DNA of 64,000 nucleotides from Thermoproteota archaeon (lineage in GTDB: Archaea; Korarchaeota; Korarchaeia; Korarchaeales; Korarchaeaceae). The stretch is from contig JAOZGJ010000040.1 in NCBI GenBank assembly GCA_027491785.1, positions 630 to 64,629 of the forward strand. Reading direction: 5' to 3'. Below, one piece after another: positions 37,838 through 47,529 of this stretch. The number at the start of each line of letters is the position of its first letter. Position 1 is the stretch's first letter. The notes under the pieces are model-generated. The model saw only the letters and a program-made list of their open reading frames with translations, made no database searches and was not told the origin of the DNA. Made by a program: the position numbers and the translations under genes.

Positions 37838-40669
37838 TTATCCCTTGACGACTCCTAGAGGCCTTAACTTGGCTACAAGTTTCGCTATTCCAGCTTTATG
37901 TGTTACTCTGACCACTTCATCTACGTCCTTATAAGCCCCAGGTGCCTCTTCGGCAGCTACTGCATAAGAAGCTGGTTTTACAATGATACCCCTATCTGCT
38001 AGCATCTGAACTATCTGGGTTCCCCTATAGATCCTCTTGGCCTTAGATCTGCTCATTACTCTCCCGGCACCATGAGCGGTAGTCCCAAATGACTCCTTCA
38101 TGGATTGAGGTGTACCTACCATCAGATAGGAAGCAGTTCCCTCTGAGCCAGGAATAAGGACTGGTTGGCCGACTTCTCTATAATCATCTGGTATTGCTGG
38201 ATGGCCTGCTGGAAAAGATCTAGTTGCTCCCTTTCTATGAACAAACACTTTAACTCTCTTTCCATCAACCTCATGTTCTTCTAATTTTGCTATATTATGA
38301 GCTACATCATATATAAGCCACATACCTAGATCCTCAGCACTTCTTCCAAAGACCTTCTCAAAAGATTCTCTGAGCCAATGCGTTATCATCTGCCTATTAG
38401 CCCAAGCGTAGTTAGCGGCTCCTCTCATTGCCTTGAAATATTTCTGAGCCAGCTCTGTATTAGCATATGCGCAGATTAGCTGCTTATCCGGGAGCCTGAA
38501 GCTTAGGTCTCTTATATTGGAGTGCATAAGCCTGAGATAATCGTCAGCTACTTGGTGGCCAAAACCCCTACTCCCAGTATGAACCATCGCTGTTACTTGT
38601 CCCTCGTGGGTTATTCCCATGACTTTAGCGACCTCTGGATCATATATCTTATCCACCACTTGAACCTCTAGGAAATGATTACCGCTTCCCAAGGTACCAA
38701 GCTGAGGAGCTCCTCTCTCTTTAGCTCTTCTGCTTATGACAGATGGATCAGCTCCATCCATCATTCCACCTTCTTCAGCATGCTCCAGATCCTTCTCCCA
38801 TCCATAACCATGCTCCACTGCCCATCTGGCTCCCATCACTATGACTTCATCAAGCTGCTGAGGACTTAGTCTGAGCTTACCCTTACTTCCCAGTCCAGAG
38901 GGAACATTTGAGAAAATAGTATCTACCAACTGCCTCAGCTTCGGTCTTACCTCACTCTCATTCAGATCTGTTCTTATGAGCCTTACACCGCAGTTATGGA
39001 CCACTAAGCCATTGGCCACGAAGTTATGGGCTTCATGGTCCACTCCAACGTCATAGAACTCACTATAAGAGGGCTTGATCCTGCTAACCTCCTTAACCTC
39101 CTCGATGACAGCGCCGCCGTCTAGCCCATACCTCCTTACAAACTCTTCGAAGGTCGGAAAGTCCTTCGGGGATCTTACATCACTTACTCTAGAGTAAAGG
39201 GATCGCTCGACTGACCTCCTATTAACTACATCCACAGATTCATAGGCCTCCTTGGAGCATCCACTCTTCCCATGGATCTCCTTAGCAATCTCAGCAGCGT
39301 TTCTCCTAGCCTTCCTGATTAATTCTTTCCTCATAAGGTAGGCATAGGCCCATAGACCTCTCTCCTTCTTCCTCAGATCATACTCGTAGCCAATTCTCCC
39401 TAGAAAGAGTATCAAGTTCTCCTCTCCTTCTATAGTGAGCCTTAGGGCTACGCTTCCTTCAATAGTTCTGACCTCGTGTATGATACTGTTAATTCCAAAC
39501 TCCCTCAATAGATTTCCTATCTCCCTCATATAATTATGGAGACTGGTCCTTAGACCTGAGCTCTTATGTTGGATCAGGTGTAACGGAAGAGGATTATACC
39601 TCTCGAAGATAATTGCACTGCCATCTGCTCCAAATAGGCCAGCGAGGAAGTTCCTCTTTATCCAGAGTGGGGCCTCCTTAATCCATCTGGGAACAGAGAA
39701 AGGTACCTCAGATTTCTTCCCCTCAGGCATTCCGAGCTTCTTCATTAAAAGGGCGAAAGATCTGCTTACTACTCTGAGTTCAGAGATATCACCCTCACGG
39801 ATGTAGAGGTTTGCTCTGATCCCTAATCTCTCGAGGTCTTTCTTTACTCCTTCTAGCGTGTCCTTTCGTCCGTATAAGGAGATATAGAGTCCATCCGGTG
39901 TTTTCCCAAGATGGCCATCTCCCATAGCGAAGCCCAGTAGCCTTGCTATGGTACCCAGCTTAGAATCCTCCCAACGTAGTGGCACTAGGTCCTTCTCCTT
40001 CAAGTACCTCCTGACCCGTGGATCCTCAAAGGCGTCCTCGTCCAGCAGTATACCTCTCTTCTCCTCATAATTAACGCCGTCAAATGGATAAACAACGACT
40101 TTATCGCCCTCTCTCAGCTCACCCATGTTTCTATAGCCCTCTGGAGTTAGGACTGGGTGATCCTCGCTCCCCTCGAGGATGCGACCTGTCTCAGTAACTA
40201 GCCTCACCGCCAGTTCATCGGCTTCCCTCACGGCCACGAAGAGTAGATCAGAGTTATCATTGTGACCTTCCCTAAGGTTATAAACTCGAAGACCCTGTGG
40301 TCTCCTCGGAAGGTCCGCCAGCCTTATCCTGAATCCATGCTCAGTCAGAACCTCGGAGTCCGGAGAGAGGCAGTTAATATCAAAACCAACTCCTCCAGGA
40401 CTTATCACTCCCTCGTATGCGTCAAAGGCAGCAACACCACCTATCGGAAAGCCATATCCTTCGTGGATATCTGGCATGGCTATAGAGTATTTATAAATTC
40501 CTGGGAGCATGGCCACATTCGCTAGTTGCTCAACAGCACCCTTCTCCACCTGCTTTATGAGCTTTTCATTGGCGAATATTAAGCCGGGAACTCTCATACC
40601 AGGTTTATAGCTCTTAGGAAGTTCCCATCTAACGTCATCGATCTTCTTGAAGATTGATTCTATTCCCAA
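37838..40669 (-). CDS. rtcB: RtcB tRNA-splicing ligase containing an intein
   Basis: MPDIHEGYGFPIGG, GFDIN|C, GSGNHFLE, HTGSRG, HRKGAT and HGAGR motifs. Confidence 0.98.
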   Translation of the reverse strand: MGIESIFKKIDDVRWELPKSYKPGMRVPGLIFANEKLIKQVEKGAVEQLANVAMLPGIYKYSIAMPDIHEGYGFPIGGVAAFDAYEGVISPGGVGFDINCLSPDSEVLTEHGFRIRLADLPRRPQGLRVYNLREGHNDNSDLLFVAVREADELAVRLVTETGRILEGSEDHPVLTPEGYRNMGELREGDKVVVYPFDGVNYEEKRGILLDEDAFEDPRVRRYLKEKDLVPLRWEDSKLGTIARLLGFAMGDGHLGKTPDGLYISLYGRKDTLEGVKKDLERLGIRANLYIREGDISELRVVSRSFALLMKKLGMPEGKKSEVPFSVPRWIKEAPLWIKRNFLAGLFGADGSAIIFERYNPLPLHLIQHKSSGLRTSLHNYMREIGNLLREFGINSIIHEVRTIEGSVALRLTIEGEENLILFLGRIGYEYDLRKKERGLWAYAYLMRKELIRKARRNAAEIAKEIHGKSGCSKEAYESVDVVNRRSVERSLYSRVSDVRSPKDFPTFEEFVRRYGLDGGAVIEEVKEVSRIKPSYSEFYDVGVDHEAHNFVANGLVVHNCGVRLIRTDLNESEVRPKLRQLVDTIFSNVPSGLGSKGKLRLSPQQLDEVIVMGARWAVEHGYGWEKDLEHAEEGGMMDGADPSVISRRAKERGAPQLGTLGSGNHFLEVQVVDKIYDPEVAKVMGITHEGQVTAMVHTGSRGFGHQVADDYLRLMHSNIRDLSFRLPDKQLICAYANTELAQKYFKAMRGAANYAWANRQMITHWLRESFEKVFGRSAEDLGMWLIYDVAHNIAKLEEHEVDGKRVKVFVHRKGATRSFPAGHPAIPDDYREVGQPVLIPGSEGTASYLMVGTPQSMKESFGTTAHGAGRVMSRSKAKRIYRGTQIVQMLADRGIIVKPASYAVAAEEAPGAYKDVDEVVRVTHKAGIAKLVAKLRPLGVVKG
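38993..40372 (-). mobile_element. 460-aa intein with LAGLIDADG homing endonuclease
   Basis: Starts CLSPDSEV after DIN and ends NGLVVHN before C+1 (CGVRL); block B SEDHP; LLGFAMGDG and FLAGLFGADG motifs. Confidence 0.97.
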
Positions 40670-40728
40670 GCAATCACCCGTTAGCTAAATGGAACATTCA
40701 TATATAAGCTTGCTAATCCTCTTACTAG

Positions 40729-41496
40729 TTGGGTGTATCACTGAAACTTAAGAAGAGCCTAGGACAGAGGATAATGATATCTCGAAAATGGCTAAATATC
40801 ATAGCCGATACTCTAAAGGTAGAAAAATCCGATGTAATTATCGAGTTAGGTGCTGGCACTGGAAACTTAAGTGAAGAGATCTTGAGAAGAGGACCTAAGA
40901 AACTTGTTCTGGTGGAAAAAGATCCTCATATGGTATCGAGCCTTAGATCCAGATTCATGGGAGATAAGAGAGTAGAGATACTTAATGCGGACATAAAGAA
41001 GATATTTCCCCTAACTAATTACGATAAGATAGCTGCAAATCCACCTTATTACCTTTCATCCTTCATTATAGTTGGACTTGTTAGGAGTAGGTTTAAGAGG
41101 GCAGTTCTTACATTTCAAAGAGAGTTTGCTGAGAGGCTAACTGCTAAACCAGGAACTCCGAAATATGGCAGCCTATCTGTTATAGCGTACCTTTCCTTCT
41201 CAATTGAGAGTATAGGCATAGTAGGGAAGGGGTCTTTCTTTCCCCCTCCCAAGGTAGAATCTGTTATACTTGCATTAGAGCCCAAAGATATACTAGAGGA
41301 GGAGAAGGACTTATTATTGAAATATAGTAAAATAATATTCTCTCGCAGGAAGAGGGCACTTAAAAATGTCCTAAAGCCTATTGTAGGAGAGAAGGCTAGG
41401 GAGGCACCCTACTCAGACCGAAGACCCTATCACTTATCACCAGAAGAGGTACTGGAGGTTGCTATATGGTTAAAGAAAGAGTTAGAATTAGGTTAA
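40729..41496 (+). CDS. rsmA: 16S rRNA dimethyladenosine transferase KsgA/Dim1
   Basis: LKKSLGQ, ELGAGTGNL, ANPPY, FQREFAERL and FFPPPKVES motifs. Confidence 0.95.
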   Translation: MGVSLKLKKSLGQRIMISRKWLNIIADTLKVEKSDVIIELGAGTGNLSEEILRRGPKKLVLVEKDPHMVSSLRSRFMGDKRVEILNADIKKIFPLTNYDKIAANPPYYLSSFIIVGLVRSRFKRAVLTFQREFAERLTAKPGTPKYGSLSVIAYLSFSIESIGIVGKGSFFPPPKVESVILALEPKDILEEEKDLLLKYSKIIFSRRKRALKNVLKPIVGEKAREAPYSDRRPYHLSPEEVLEVAIWLKKELELG

Positions 41497-42092
41497 GAGA
41501 CATCACTTTAGAGCTAGATGAAGAGGTATACAAACCATCAGACGACTCCATTCTTATGCTAGACGCCTTAGATACTCTCCCTCCACTTAACGACATGACT
41601 TGTCTAGATGTGGGAACAGGTAGTGGTGTCCTCGCTATTAAGATGGCTAAGATGGGATGTAAAACCACAGGATCAGATATCTCGCTTAGATCCCTCATGC
41701 TCGCATCTAGGAATGCCATTATTAATGGAGTAAGCATCGAATTCGTTCAAGGGAATCTGACTCATCACTTCAGGGATAAATCCTTTAATATAGTAGTTTT
41801 TAACCCTCCTTACATACCAGAGGAGCCAAAGCGTGATATAGAGCTATCCATAGCATGGGCTGGGGGAATAGATGGAAGAAGATTAATAGATGGCCTAATA
41901 ACAGATCTTCCTAGAATTTTAAAGGAAAAAGGTATTTCCCTAATTCTGCATGCTAGCTACAATCTACCTCATAAAACGATAATAAATGCATCGGAACTTG
42001 GGATGGTAGGTAAAATAATTATGAGAAGGAAACTAGCTTTTCACGAACTTCTCGTAGTTGAGGTTAGAAACGAGAGAGCTGAGCATCTCTAA
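41466..42092 (+). CDS. HemK2/PrmC-type release-factor glutamine methyltransferase
   Basis: VYKPSDDS, LDVGTGSG, FNPPY and WAGGIDGR motifs. Confidence 0.92.
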   Translation: MVKERVRIRLRDITLELDEEVYKPSDDSILMLDALDTLPPLNDMTCLDVGTGSGVLAIKMAKMGCKTTGSDISLRSLMLASRNAIINGVSIEFVQGNLTHHFRDKSFNIVVFNPPYIPEEPKRDIELSIAWAGGIDGRRLIDGLITDLPRILKEKGISLILHASYNLPHKTIINASELGMVGKIIMRRKLAFHELLVVEVRNERAEHL

Positions 42093-42261
42093 CTTGCTTG
42101 ACCATCTTGTAGTGCTTCCTGCACAGGGGTATTCTCTTTCCCACATCACCCTTAAGTTTCAGCTTCAATTCCTGTATGAAGGGTAAGAAAGATCTATCTA
42201 CTTCTTTAACAGCAGGTTCGTTGCATCCCTCAACCGCGCAGGTATCCGCTTTACTCTCCAT
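42064..42261 (-). CDS. small Cys3His zinc-binding protein
   Basis: CAVEGC...LCRKHY; SD AGGTG. Confidence 0.7.
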   Translation of the reverse strand: MESKADTCAVEGCNEPAVKEVDRSFLPFIQELKLKLKGDVGKRIPLCRKHYKMVKQVRDAQLSRF

Positions 42262-42389
42262 AGGCCACACCTTTCCATTATCTAATCTACTGGTTATTAT
42301 TTAAATGGATTTTCACCCTTAAAAGTAAACTTAAGGACTTATTCTAATCTAGCATCATCTGATTAGGCTTATTATTCTAAGAAATTGTA

Positions 42390-42467
42390 TGGCGGGCCCG
42401 GGGGGACTCGAACCCCCGACCTCCGGCTCCGGAGGCCGGCGCTCTATCCATGCTGAGCTACGGGCCC
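42390..42467 (-). tRNA. tRNA-Arg(CCG), CCA encoded
   Basis: Loop CT CCG GA; full cloverleaf. Confidence 0.96.
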
Positions 42468-42557
42468 GTGCAAGATATCAATAAGCAGATATAAACAATA
42501 CTTGACCAAATTATGAAATAATAGTAATTAGGAGATAAAAATTTCGAGTAATCGAGA

Positions 42558-42722
42558 TCATCTCTTAGTCTTAAACTCTGTATATCCGCAGTTCCCACAG
42601 GTATATCTGTCATCATGTTCAGCCATAAAAGAGCCGCATCTCGGGCATATCTTCTTCTTCCTCACGAGCTTATCTCCTTCTATAGAATAATATTTCCATA
42701 CTTGAACGGGCTTATGCTTCAT
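42558..42722 (-). CDS. rps27ae: 30S ribosomal protein S27ae (missed by ORF track)
   Basis: [54 protein letters not shown]; ATGA overlap with rps24e. Confidence 0.96.
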   Translation of the reverse strand: MKHKPVQVWKYYSIEGDKLVRKKKICPRCGSFMAEHDDRYTCGNCGYTEFKTKR

Positions 42723-43018
42723 GAAGACACCTCCTTTTTCCTCCTTTCTTCATTTCTCTTGACTATATAATCTGGTTCTATTAGTAAAGCAAACGCCCTA
42801 CTGCTATAGGCCATAGCATAAACCTTAGCTTCCTCCTTTCCATATTCTGTAGCTATCTTTCTTATGAAAAGATTCCCCACTGGTTTACCTATTTCCCTAG
42901 CTATAGCTTCTCTTATCTCCCCTCTCGTAGGAGTTCCACCCTTAAACTTCACCGTAGCTACAATTTCTTCCCTTTGAAGGAGCGGATTATCCTTACGTTT
43001 GGTGATCTCCAACTCCAT
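42719..43018 (-). CDS. rps24e: 30S ribosomal protein S24e
   Basis: [17 protein letters not shown] and TEYG motifs. Confidence 0.95.
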   Translation of the reverse strand: MELEITKRKDNPLLQREEIVATVKFKGGTPTRGEIREAIAREIGKPVGNLFIRKIATEYGKEEAKVYAMAYSSRAFALLIEPDYIVKRNEERRKKEVSS

Positions 43019-43086
43019 TTTCGCCTCTTGTTTGCGTGGTCAGTTCAAGTATATAACGATTCCCTCCAACAACTAATCCATCTACC

Positions 43087-43275
43087 CTACCACACTCTTA
43101 GCGCGTACATACCAACTTTATCATGCCCGAGCATCTTAGCTAGTTGAGATCTAAGAGGATCTATTATTGCCACAATGCCTTCCCAATTGTAGGTTAAATC
43201 GTCAGAACCACATATGGGACATTTATTATCAGTTGTTAAGGCCTTGCAATTTCGGCATGCTCTCCATTTAGCCAT
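43087..43275 (-). CDS. spt4: transcription elongation factor Spt4 (RpoE2)
   Basis: ACRNCK...CPICGS...WEGIVAIIDP...SQLA...GMYALRV. Confidence 0.95.
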   Translation of the reverse strand: MAKWRACRNCKALTTDNKCPICGSDDLTYNWEGIVAIIDPLRSQLAKMLGHDKVGMYALRVW

Positions 43276-43279
43276 AAGA

Positions 43280-43840
43280 TCACCCTCCCTTCTCTTCTTT
43301 TTCCTTAACCTCGAGTTTTCCAAGCTTAGGCTGCCTCATGGTAAGTGATACTTTCACTATAGGCTCTCCCTTAAGTAAAGCCATGGGACTCGGTTTACTG
43401 ATAGTTGTAACCCTAGCTCTCACTTTATCCCCTCTCCTGAAGGTTATTCTAGCCTTCTTGCTTTGAAGTACGCCTGCTCTGTGGACGAAGACATCATCAC
43501 CTAGCTGCGATATATGGACGAAACCGCTTATAGGACCTATGGAAACAAACATACCATAATCGACAATGTTCTCGACTTCTCCCTCCACAATTTCATCCTT
43601 TAAAGGTAAATATGTAAGGACTTTGAACTTTGCTCTAACGTATATATTAGGGCTACCAATAATGGATTTTCCATATCCCAAATCTGTAACCTCAAGTACG
43701 TCTAATACAAGGCCTATTTCCCTCAAATAACGACCTACATACTTCGAACTGAACTGATCTCTGAGTATGGATCTAATATCTTTATCCAGATCCATAGGTC
43801 GAATGAAACCGACATCGCTCATCTCTGTTATGTAAAACAC
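43280..43840 (-). CDS. rpo7: RNA polymerase subunit Rpo7 (E')
   Basis: EIVEGEV, YGMFVSIGPISGFVHISQL (S1 domain) and LTMRQPKLGK motifs. Confidence 0.95.
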   Translation of the reverse strand: MFYITEMSDVGFIRPMDLDKDIRSILRDQFSSKYVGRYLREIGLVLDVLEVTDLGYGKSIIGSPNIYVRAKFKVLTYLPLKDEIVEGEVENIVDYGMFVSIGPISGFVHISQLGDDVFVHRAGVLQSKKARITFRRGDKVRARVTTISKPSPMALLKGEPIVKVSLTMRQPKLGKLEVKEKEEKGG

Positions 43841-43887
43841 TTTATCCTACCCCACCATGCTCCCTTAGCAGCTGGTCAAAATCAAGG

Positions 43888-44301
43888 TTAACTCTCCTTA
43901 CTTAATCTTATCGGATCATCAAGTACCAATTTCTTGCCAGCTCTGAGGTATATCACTGGGATACCCTCCCTAAGAAGCCTTTCTTTTAACTCAAGATCGA
44001 AAGTAGCTACTACTCCCTTTAAATCCTTAGCTAGAGCAAGGAGATCATCGTCAGCCTCTCCATTATATCTTTCGAAAACCTTGATATTATACTTACGTAG
44101 TATTTCCATGGAAATACGGGCTTGCATTTTTCTCTTCCCTTTTAAAAACTCACTTAATTCTCTTATAACGGATCTAGTTGTTGCGAGAGTCGCTTTGGGA
44201 TAAAGCTCAACGACTCTCTCTAAACTGATAGATCTGAGGTCAGTCAAAGCCATTAAAAAAGAAGTGTCAAGTAACAAGTACCTCTCAGTCAATTCAATCA
44301 C
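43888..44301 (-). CDS. PIN-domain protein (Fcf1/Utp24-like)
   Basis: LLDTSFL, SVIREL, ADDDLL, VATFDLELK and GIPVIYLR motifs; conserved location upstream of rpo7. Confidence 0.9.
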   Translation of the reverse strand: MIELTERYLLLDTSFLMALTDLRSISLERVVELYPKATLATTRSVIRELSEFLKGKRKMQARISMEILRKYNIKVFERYNGEADDDLLALAKDLKGVVATFDLELKERLLREGIPVIYLRAGKKLVLDDPIRLSKES

Positions 44302-44305
44302 CCAA

Positions 44306-44380
44306 TGGGCCCGGGGGGACTTGAACCCCCGGCCTCCCGGTTATCAGCCGGGCGCTCTGACCAGTCTGAGCCACGGGCCC
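44306..44380 (-). tRNA. tRNA-Ile(GAT)
   Basis: Loop CT GAT AA. Confidence 0.96.
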
Positions 44381-44381
44381 A

Positions 44382-44455
44382 TGGACCGGGGGGGACTTGA
44401 ACCCCCGGCCTCCGCCTTGCGAAGGCGGCGCGCTACCAACCTGCGCTACCGGCCC
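44382..44455 (-). tRNA. tRNA-Ala(CGC)
   Basis: G3:U70; loop TT CGC AA. Confidence 0.96.
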
Positions 44456-44500
44456 GTATTTTGAGGATCCCGTCTCCCTAAATAAAAGTTTCCTATTTGA

Positions 44501-45748
44501 TTACTCTCTCATTTCATACCTCAGGACCGCAGCAACCCCACCTAGAGCTTTAAGCTGAGTTCCCCATTCCGTATTAGGAGATATAACAAATAATTTAGCG
44601 CCTATTTGATTGCTAAGCTCCCCAAGATACTCTATTATATCTAATTCCTCCAACTCATATACAGTCCCTCCGCACTTGGGGCATTTCCATCCATTCAGTA
44701 ATAACTCCTTGTCTTTCCTCACTATCTTCTGTTCCTCATAATCGCATTGAATACACTTTATTTTCACCTTCTTGACCGGTATATCTTCCAAAACTAGAAC
44801 CTTATCAGCTGATCCGGCTAGCAAGGCATTTTCGACCTCCTTTATTCCATAAGCTACCCTGCCAGGCTCCTTAACCAAAAGCCTGAATATCTCCTCTACC
44901 AAAGTCTTCTCTTTATAGAGAGACGATTCCTTAAGTAGATCTTCTGCTTTCATTATGAGCTCACGAATCCCCTGCTCCTCCGTATAAGATAGAGGTATAT
45001 TGGCAATGATCTTTCTCTGAAGTCTGTAATCTAAGAAATTACCTTCCTCAAATTTTTCCCTTGCATCCCCAGGTCCCCCAATTAATATTCCATCTAGCTC
45101 GTCCTCTATAGGCAATAGAACTTCATTAGTCCTTATTCCCAACCTTTTGAAGAAATCATGAACTCTCTCTTCTCTTATCCTTTCAAATCTCCTCTGAGAT
45201 TGACCACCAGCGCTATGCTTCGGGGGTATGTCAGACGATACTCGCCTTACCACCTTATAGTTAGATCCTCTGAGTACAGCGATTACACCTCCACCCCTAT
45301 CCATAACTATGAGCCCGTACGCTTTCTTCTCCCTTATCATGTCCTCTAACGGTTCCAAGTAGAACTCGTGATCGCATATGTACTGGAAGGATCTAACAGG
45401 CTCAGGAGGCTCTATCACATAGATCTCTATTTTCTCTGTACCTCTATCCTTCCCTTGAGGAATTGCTCCGCAGAAAATCACTAGCCCGTTCTCCGGTACC
45501 CTTCGATAGAGCTTTAATTTCTGTATTATGCTCTCTATAGAACTCTGAACATTTTTTCTTGTTAACTTATCTTTAATATTGCTGGCTTGATCATATTCAT
45601 CTCTTAGATATTTTATTACATCGTAAACGTTCCTACCAGGGGGTATGTATAAGGATATAAGCTCGGTCCCTCTTCCTTTCTTCCCCTTTAACTCCTTTAA
45701 GAGCTTTCTGAACTCATATTTCTCATACGTCAAGGACAACTTTTTCAC
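44501..45748 (-). CDS. prf1: peptide chain release factor aRF1
   Basis: GTELISLYIPP, NIKD, YICD and GGQSQRRFER motifs; zinc ribbon. Confidence 0.97.
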   Translation of the reverse strand: MKKLSLTYEKYEFRKLLKELKGKKGRGTELISLYIPPGRNVYDVIKYLRDEYDQASNIKDKLTRKNVQSSIESIIQKLKLYRRVPENGLVIFCGAIPQGKDRGTEKIEIYVIEPPEPVRSFQYICDHEFYLEPLEDMIREKKAYGLIVMDRGGGVIAVLRGSNYKVVRRVSSDIPPKHSAGGQSQRRFERIREERVHDFFKRLGIRTNEVLLPIEDELDGILIGGPGDAREKFEEGNFLDYRLQRKIIANIPLSYTEEQGIRELIMKAEDLLKESSLYKEKTLVEEIFRLLVKEPGRVAYGIKEVENALLAGSADKVLVLEDIPVKKVKIKCIQCDYEEQKIVRKDKELLLNGWKCPKCGGTVYELEELDIIEYLGELSNQIGAKLFVISPNTEWGTQLKALGGVAAVLRYEMRE

Positions 45749-45795
45749 CCTTCAAAAGGGAGAAATAATTTGACTTATAAAACCCCTCAGGTACT

Positions 45796-47031
45796 GTGAT
45801 GCCTATGGAGCAGGTAGTCCTTTTCGAAGATTCAGAGATCCAGAACCTCAGTCCAATAACCGATATAATACCAATGCAGGAGGTCGTAATCGGAGGGAGT
45901 AAGCAGTATCTCAGATTTGATAGAGAATTAAACACTAAAACAAGGTGGATTGTAAGAACTCAACTCGAGGGAAAAGTACCTAGTGAAAGAAAACCAGATT
46001 ACGGTGATCCTGCATTATTGGTAAATTCTAGGCTCATATCAATCGAGATAATGAAATCTGCTGGGAAACTCGATTTCAATGAAGCTTTAGTAGAAGGGAA
46101 GAGTATTATTGCAGCTAAAGTGAAGGCTCTCGATCACTCTTTCCTAGATGATCTATTTAATGGTAGGACAGGCAATTTAAAGGCCAAACCATGTGAAGCA
46201 CTATTAGCAAAAAACCTTTGGGATATATCACCAAACTCTACAATATCTTACTTATCTAGTGATCTATTGAAGTCCATTGAATCGGAAAAGGTATCTAAAC
46301 CTAGCACCGATAATATAAGAGTAATAGGCAAATTCCCCGCAAGCATATCAGAGGATGTAGAAATATTAGGTCCAATAACAGTAGATGCAAGGGAAGGTCC
46401 CGTGGTTATTAGAGAAGGGACCGTAATAGAGCCGTATGCGTACCTCAAAGGGCCCCTTCATATAGGCCCTCACGCAGTAATAGTCGTAAGCTCTAGGATA
46501 GCAGGTAGCTATATTGGAGCTCACGGTCGTATAGGGGGAGAAGTGACAACTAGCATAGTATCTGATTACTCTAACAAGTACCATCTAGGTTTTCTGGGTC
46601 ATAGCTACGTTGGGAGATGGGTGAATATAGGAGCTGGGTCTATTACTTCGAATTTGAAGAATACTTACGGAGAAATAAAGGTTAGTGGTAGACCAACAGG
46701 GCTTAATAAAGTAGGAGCCTTCATAGGGGATCATTCTAAACTTTCAATTGGTACGCTAACTTACGCAGGCATAAGAGTAGGGACAGCATCTCATCTCCAT
46801 GGCTTAGTATACGAGGATGTCCCTCCATTTACCATATATGCAAAAAGCATCGGCTGGGGACTTTACGAGCTTGACTTAGACTCGGTCATAAGGACCTACA
46901 GAAGAATGGCTCCTAGAAGAGGAGTTAAACCAGATCCAATCGAGGAAAAGCTATTAAGAAAACTCTTCAGAGATACCGAGTCTCAGAGATTGAAAAAGAA
47001 CGTTATTAGAGGGAGATTAAAGGTTAAATAG
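45796..47031 (+). CDS. GlmU-related sugar nucleotidyltransferase/acetyltransferase (left-handed beta helix)
   Basis: DAREGPVVI, GGEV, SNKYHLGFLGHSYVGRWVNIGAG and SNLKNTY motifs. Confidence 0.85.
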   Translation: MMPMEQVVLFEDSEIQNLSPITDIIPMQEVVIGGSKQYLRFDRELNTKTRWIVRTQLEGKVPSERKPDYGDPALLVNSRLISIEIMKSAGKLDFNEALVEGKSIIAAKVKALDHSFLDDLFNGRTGNLKAKPCEALLAKNLWDISPNSTISYLSSDLLKSIESEKVSKPSTDNIRVIGKFPASISEDVEILGPITVDAREGPVVIREGTVIEPYAYLKGPLHIGPHAVIVVSSRIAGSYIGAHGRIGGEVTTSIVSDYSNKYHLGFLGHSYVGRWVNIGAGSITSNLKNTYGEIKVSGRPTGLNKVGAFIGDHSKLSIGTLTYAGIRVGTASHLHGLVYEDVPPFTIYAKSIGWGLYELDLDSVIRTYRRMAPRRGVKPDPIEEKLLRKLFRDTESQRLKKNVIRGRLKVK

Positions 47032-47103
47032 AGCCGGGTGGGGGATTCGAACCCCCGTCTACGGGTCTGCAGCCCGCTGCCTGAGCCGCTCGGCCAACCC
47101 GGC
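47032..47103 (-). tRNA. tRNA-Cys(GCA)
   Basis: Loop CT GCA GA; U73. Confidence 0.95.
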
Positions 47104-47184
47104 TCAATTTCATAAAGGTATCTTCCCCGTAATAAGTTTTATTCTGAAGTCAAGGTTATAAATGGAATAACCCTTCATTGAATG

Positions 47185-47262
47185 GGGCCCGTAGCTCAGC
47201 AAGGATAGAGCGGCGGCCTCCTAAGCCGCAGGTCGGGGGTTCGAGTCCCCCCGGGCCCGCCA
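47185..47262 (+). tRNA. tRNA-Arg(CCT), CCA encoded
   Basis: Loop CT CCT AA. Confidence 0.96.
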
Positions 47263-47265
47263 TAT

Positions 47266-47339
47266 GCGGCCGTAGTCTAGCCTGGATAGGATGCTGGCCC
47301 CCCAAGCCGGAGACCCGGGTTCAAATCCCGGCGGCCGCA
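47266..47339 (+). tRNA. tRNA-Gly(CCC) with C33
   Basis: Body matches tRNA-Gly(GCC) at 5674; anticodon arm CTGGC-CC CCC AA-GCCGG. Confidence 0.92.
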
Positions 47340-47393
47340 TTAAATTACTTCTCAATCCCATTCTAAGGATCTGTTTACTTAAGAGCCAATTAG

Positions 47394-47480
47394 TGCGGGG
47401 GGAGGGATTTGAACCCTCGCGGGCCTAATGCCCACCAGCTCCTAAGGCTGGCGCCTTGGACCTATCTCGGCCACCCCCGC
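47394..47480 (-). tRNA. tRNA-Leu(TAG)
   Basis: Long variable arm; loop CT TAG GA. Confidence 0.96.
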
Positions 47481-47529
47481 CCTCATGATGAACCCATCGA
47501 GGATATTTAATAATAATCGATCGGGCAGA

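Noticed and set aside
44264-44464. ORFs spanning tRNA genes (44264-44464+, 47178-47366+)
   Set aside because: They are translations of tRNA sequence.
5674-47480. tRNA genes as integration sites for mobile elements
   Set aside because: No integrase, no duplicated tRNA 3' fragments and no foreign gene block. Repeated sequences are simply similar tRNA bodies, and no CRISPR-like periodic repeats were seen.
47485-47529. ATGATGA...CAGA resembling a C/D sRNA
   Set aside because: No CTGA D box or internal boxes; the region is better explained as the minus-strand promoter of tRNA-Leu(TAG).
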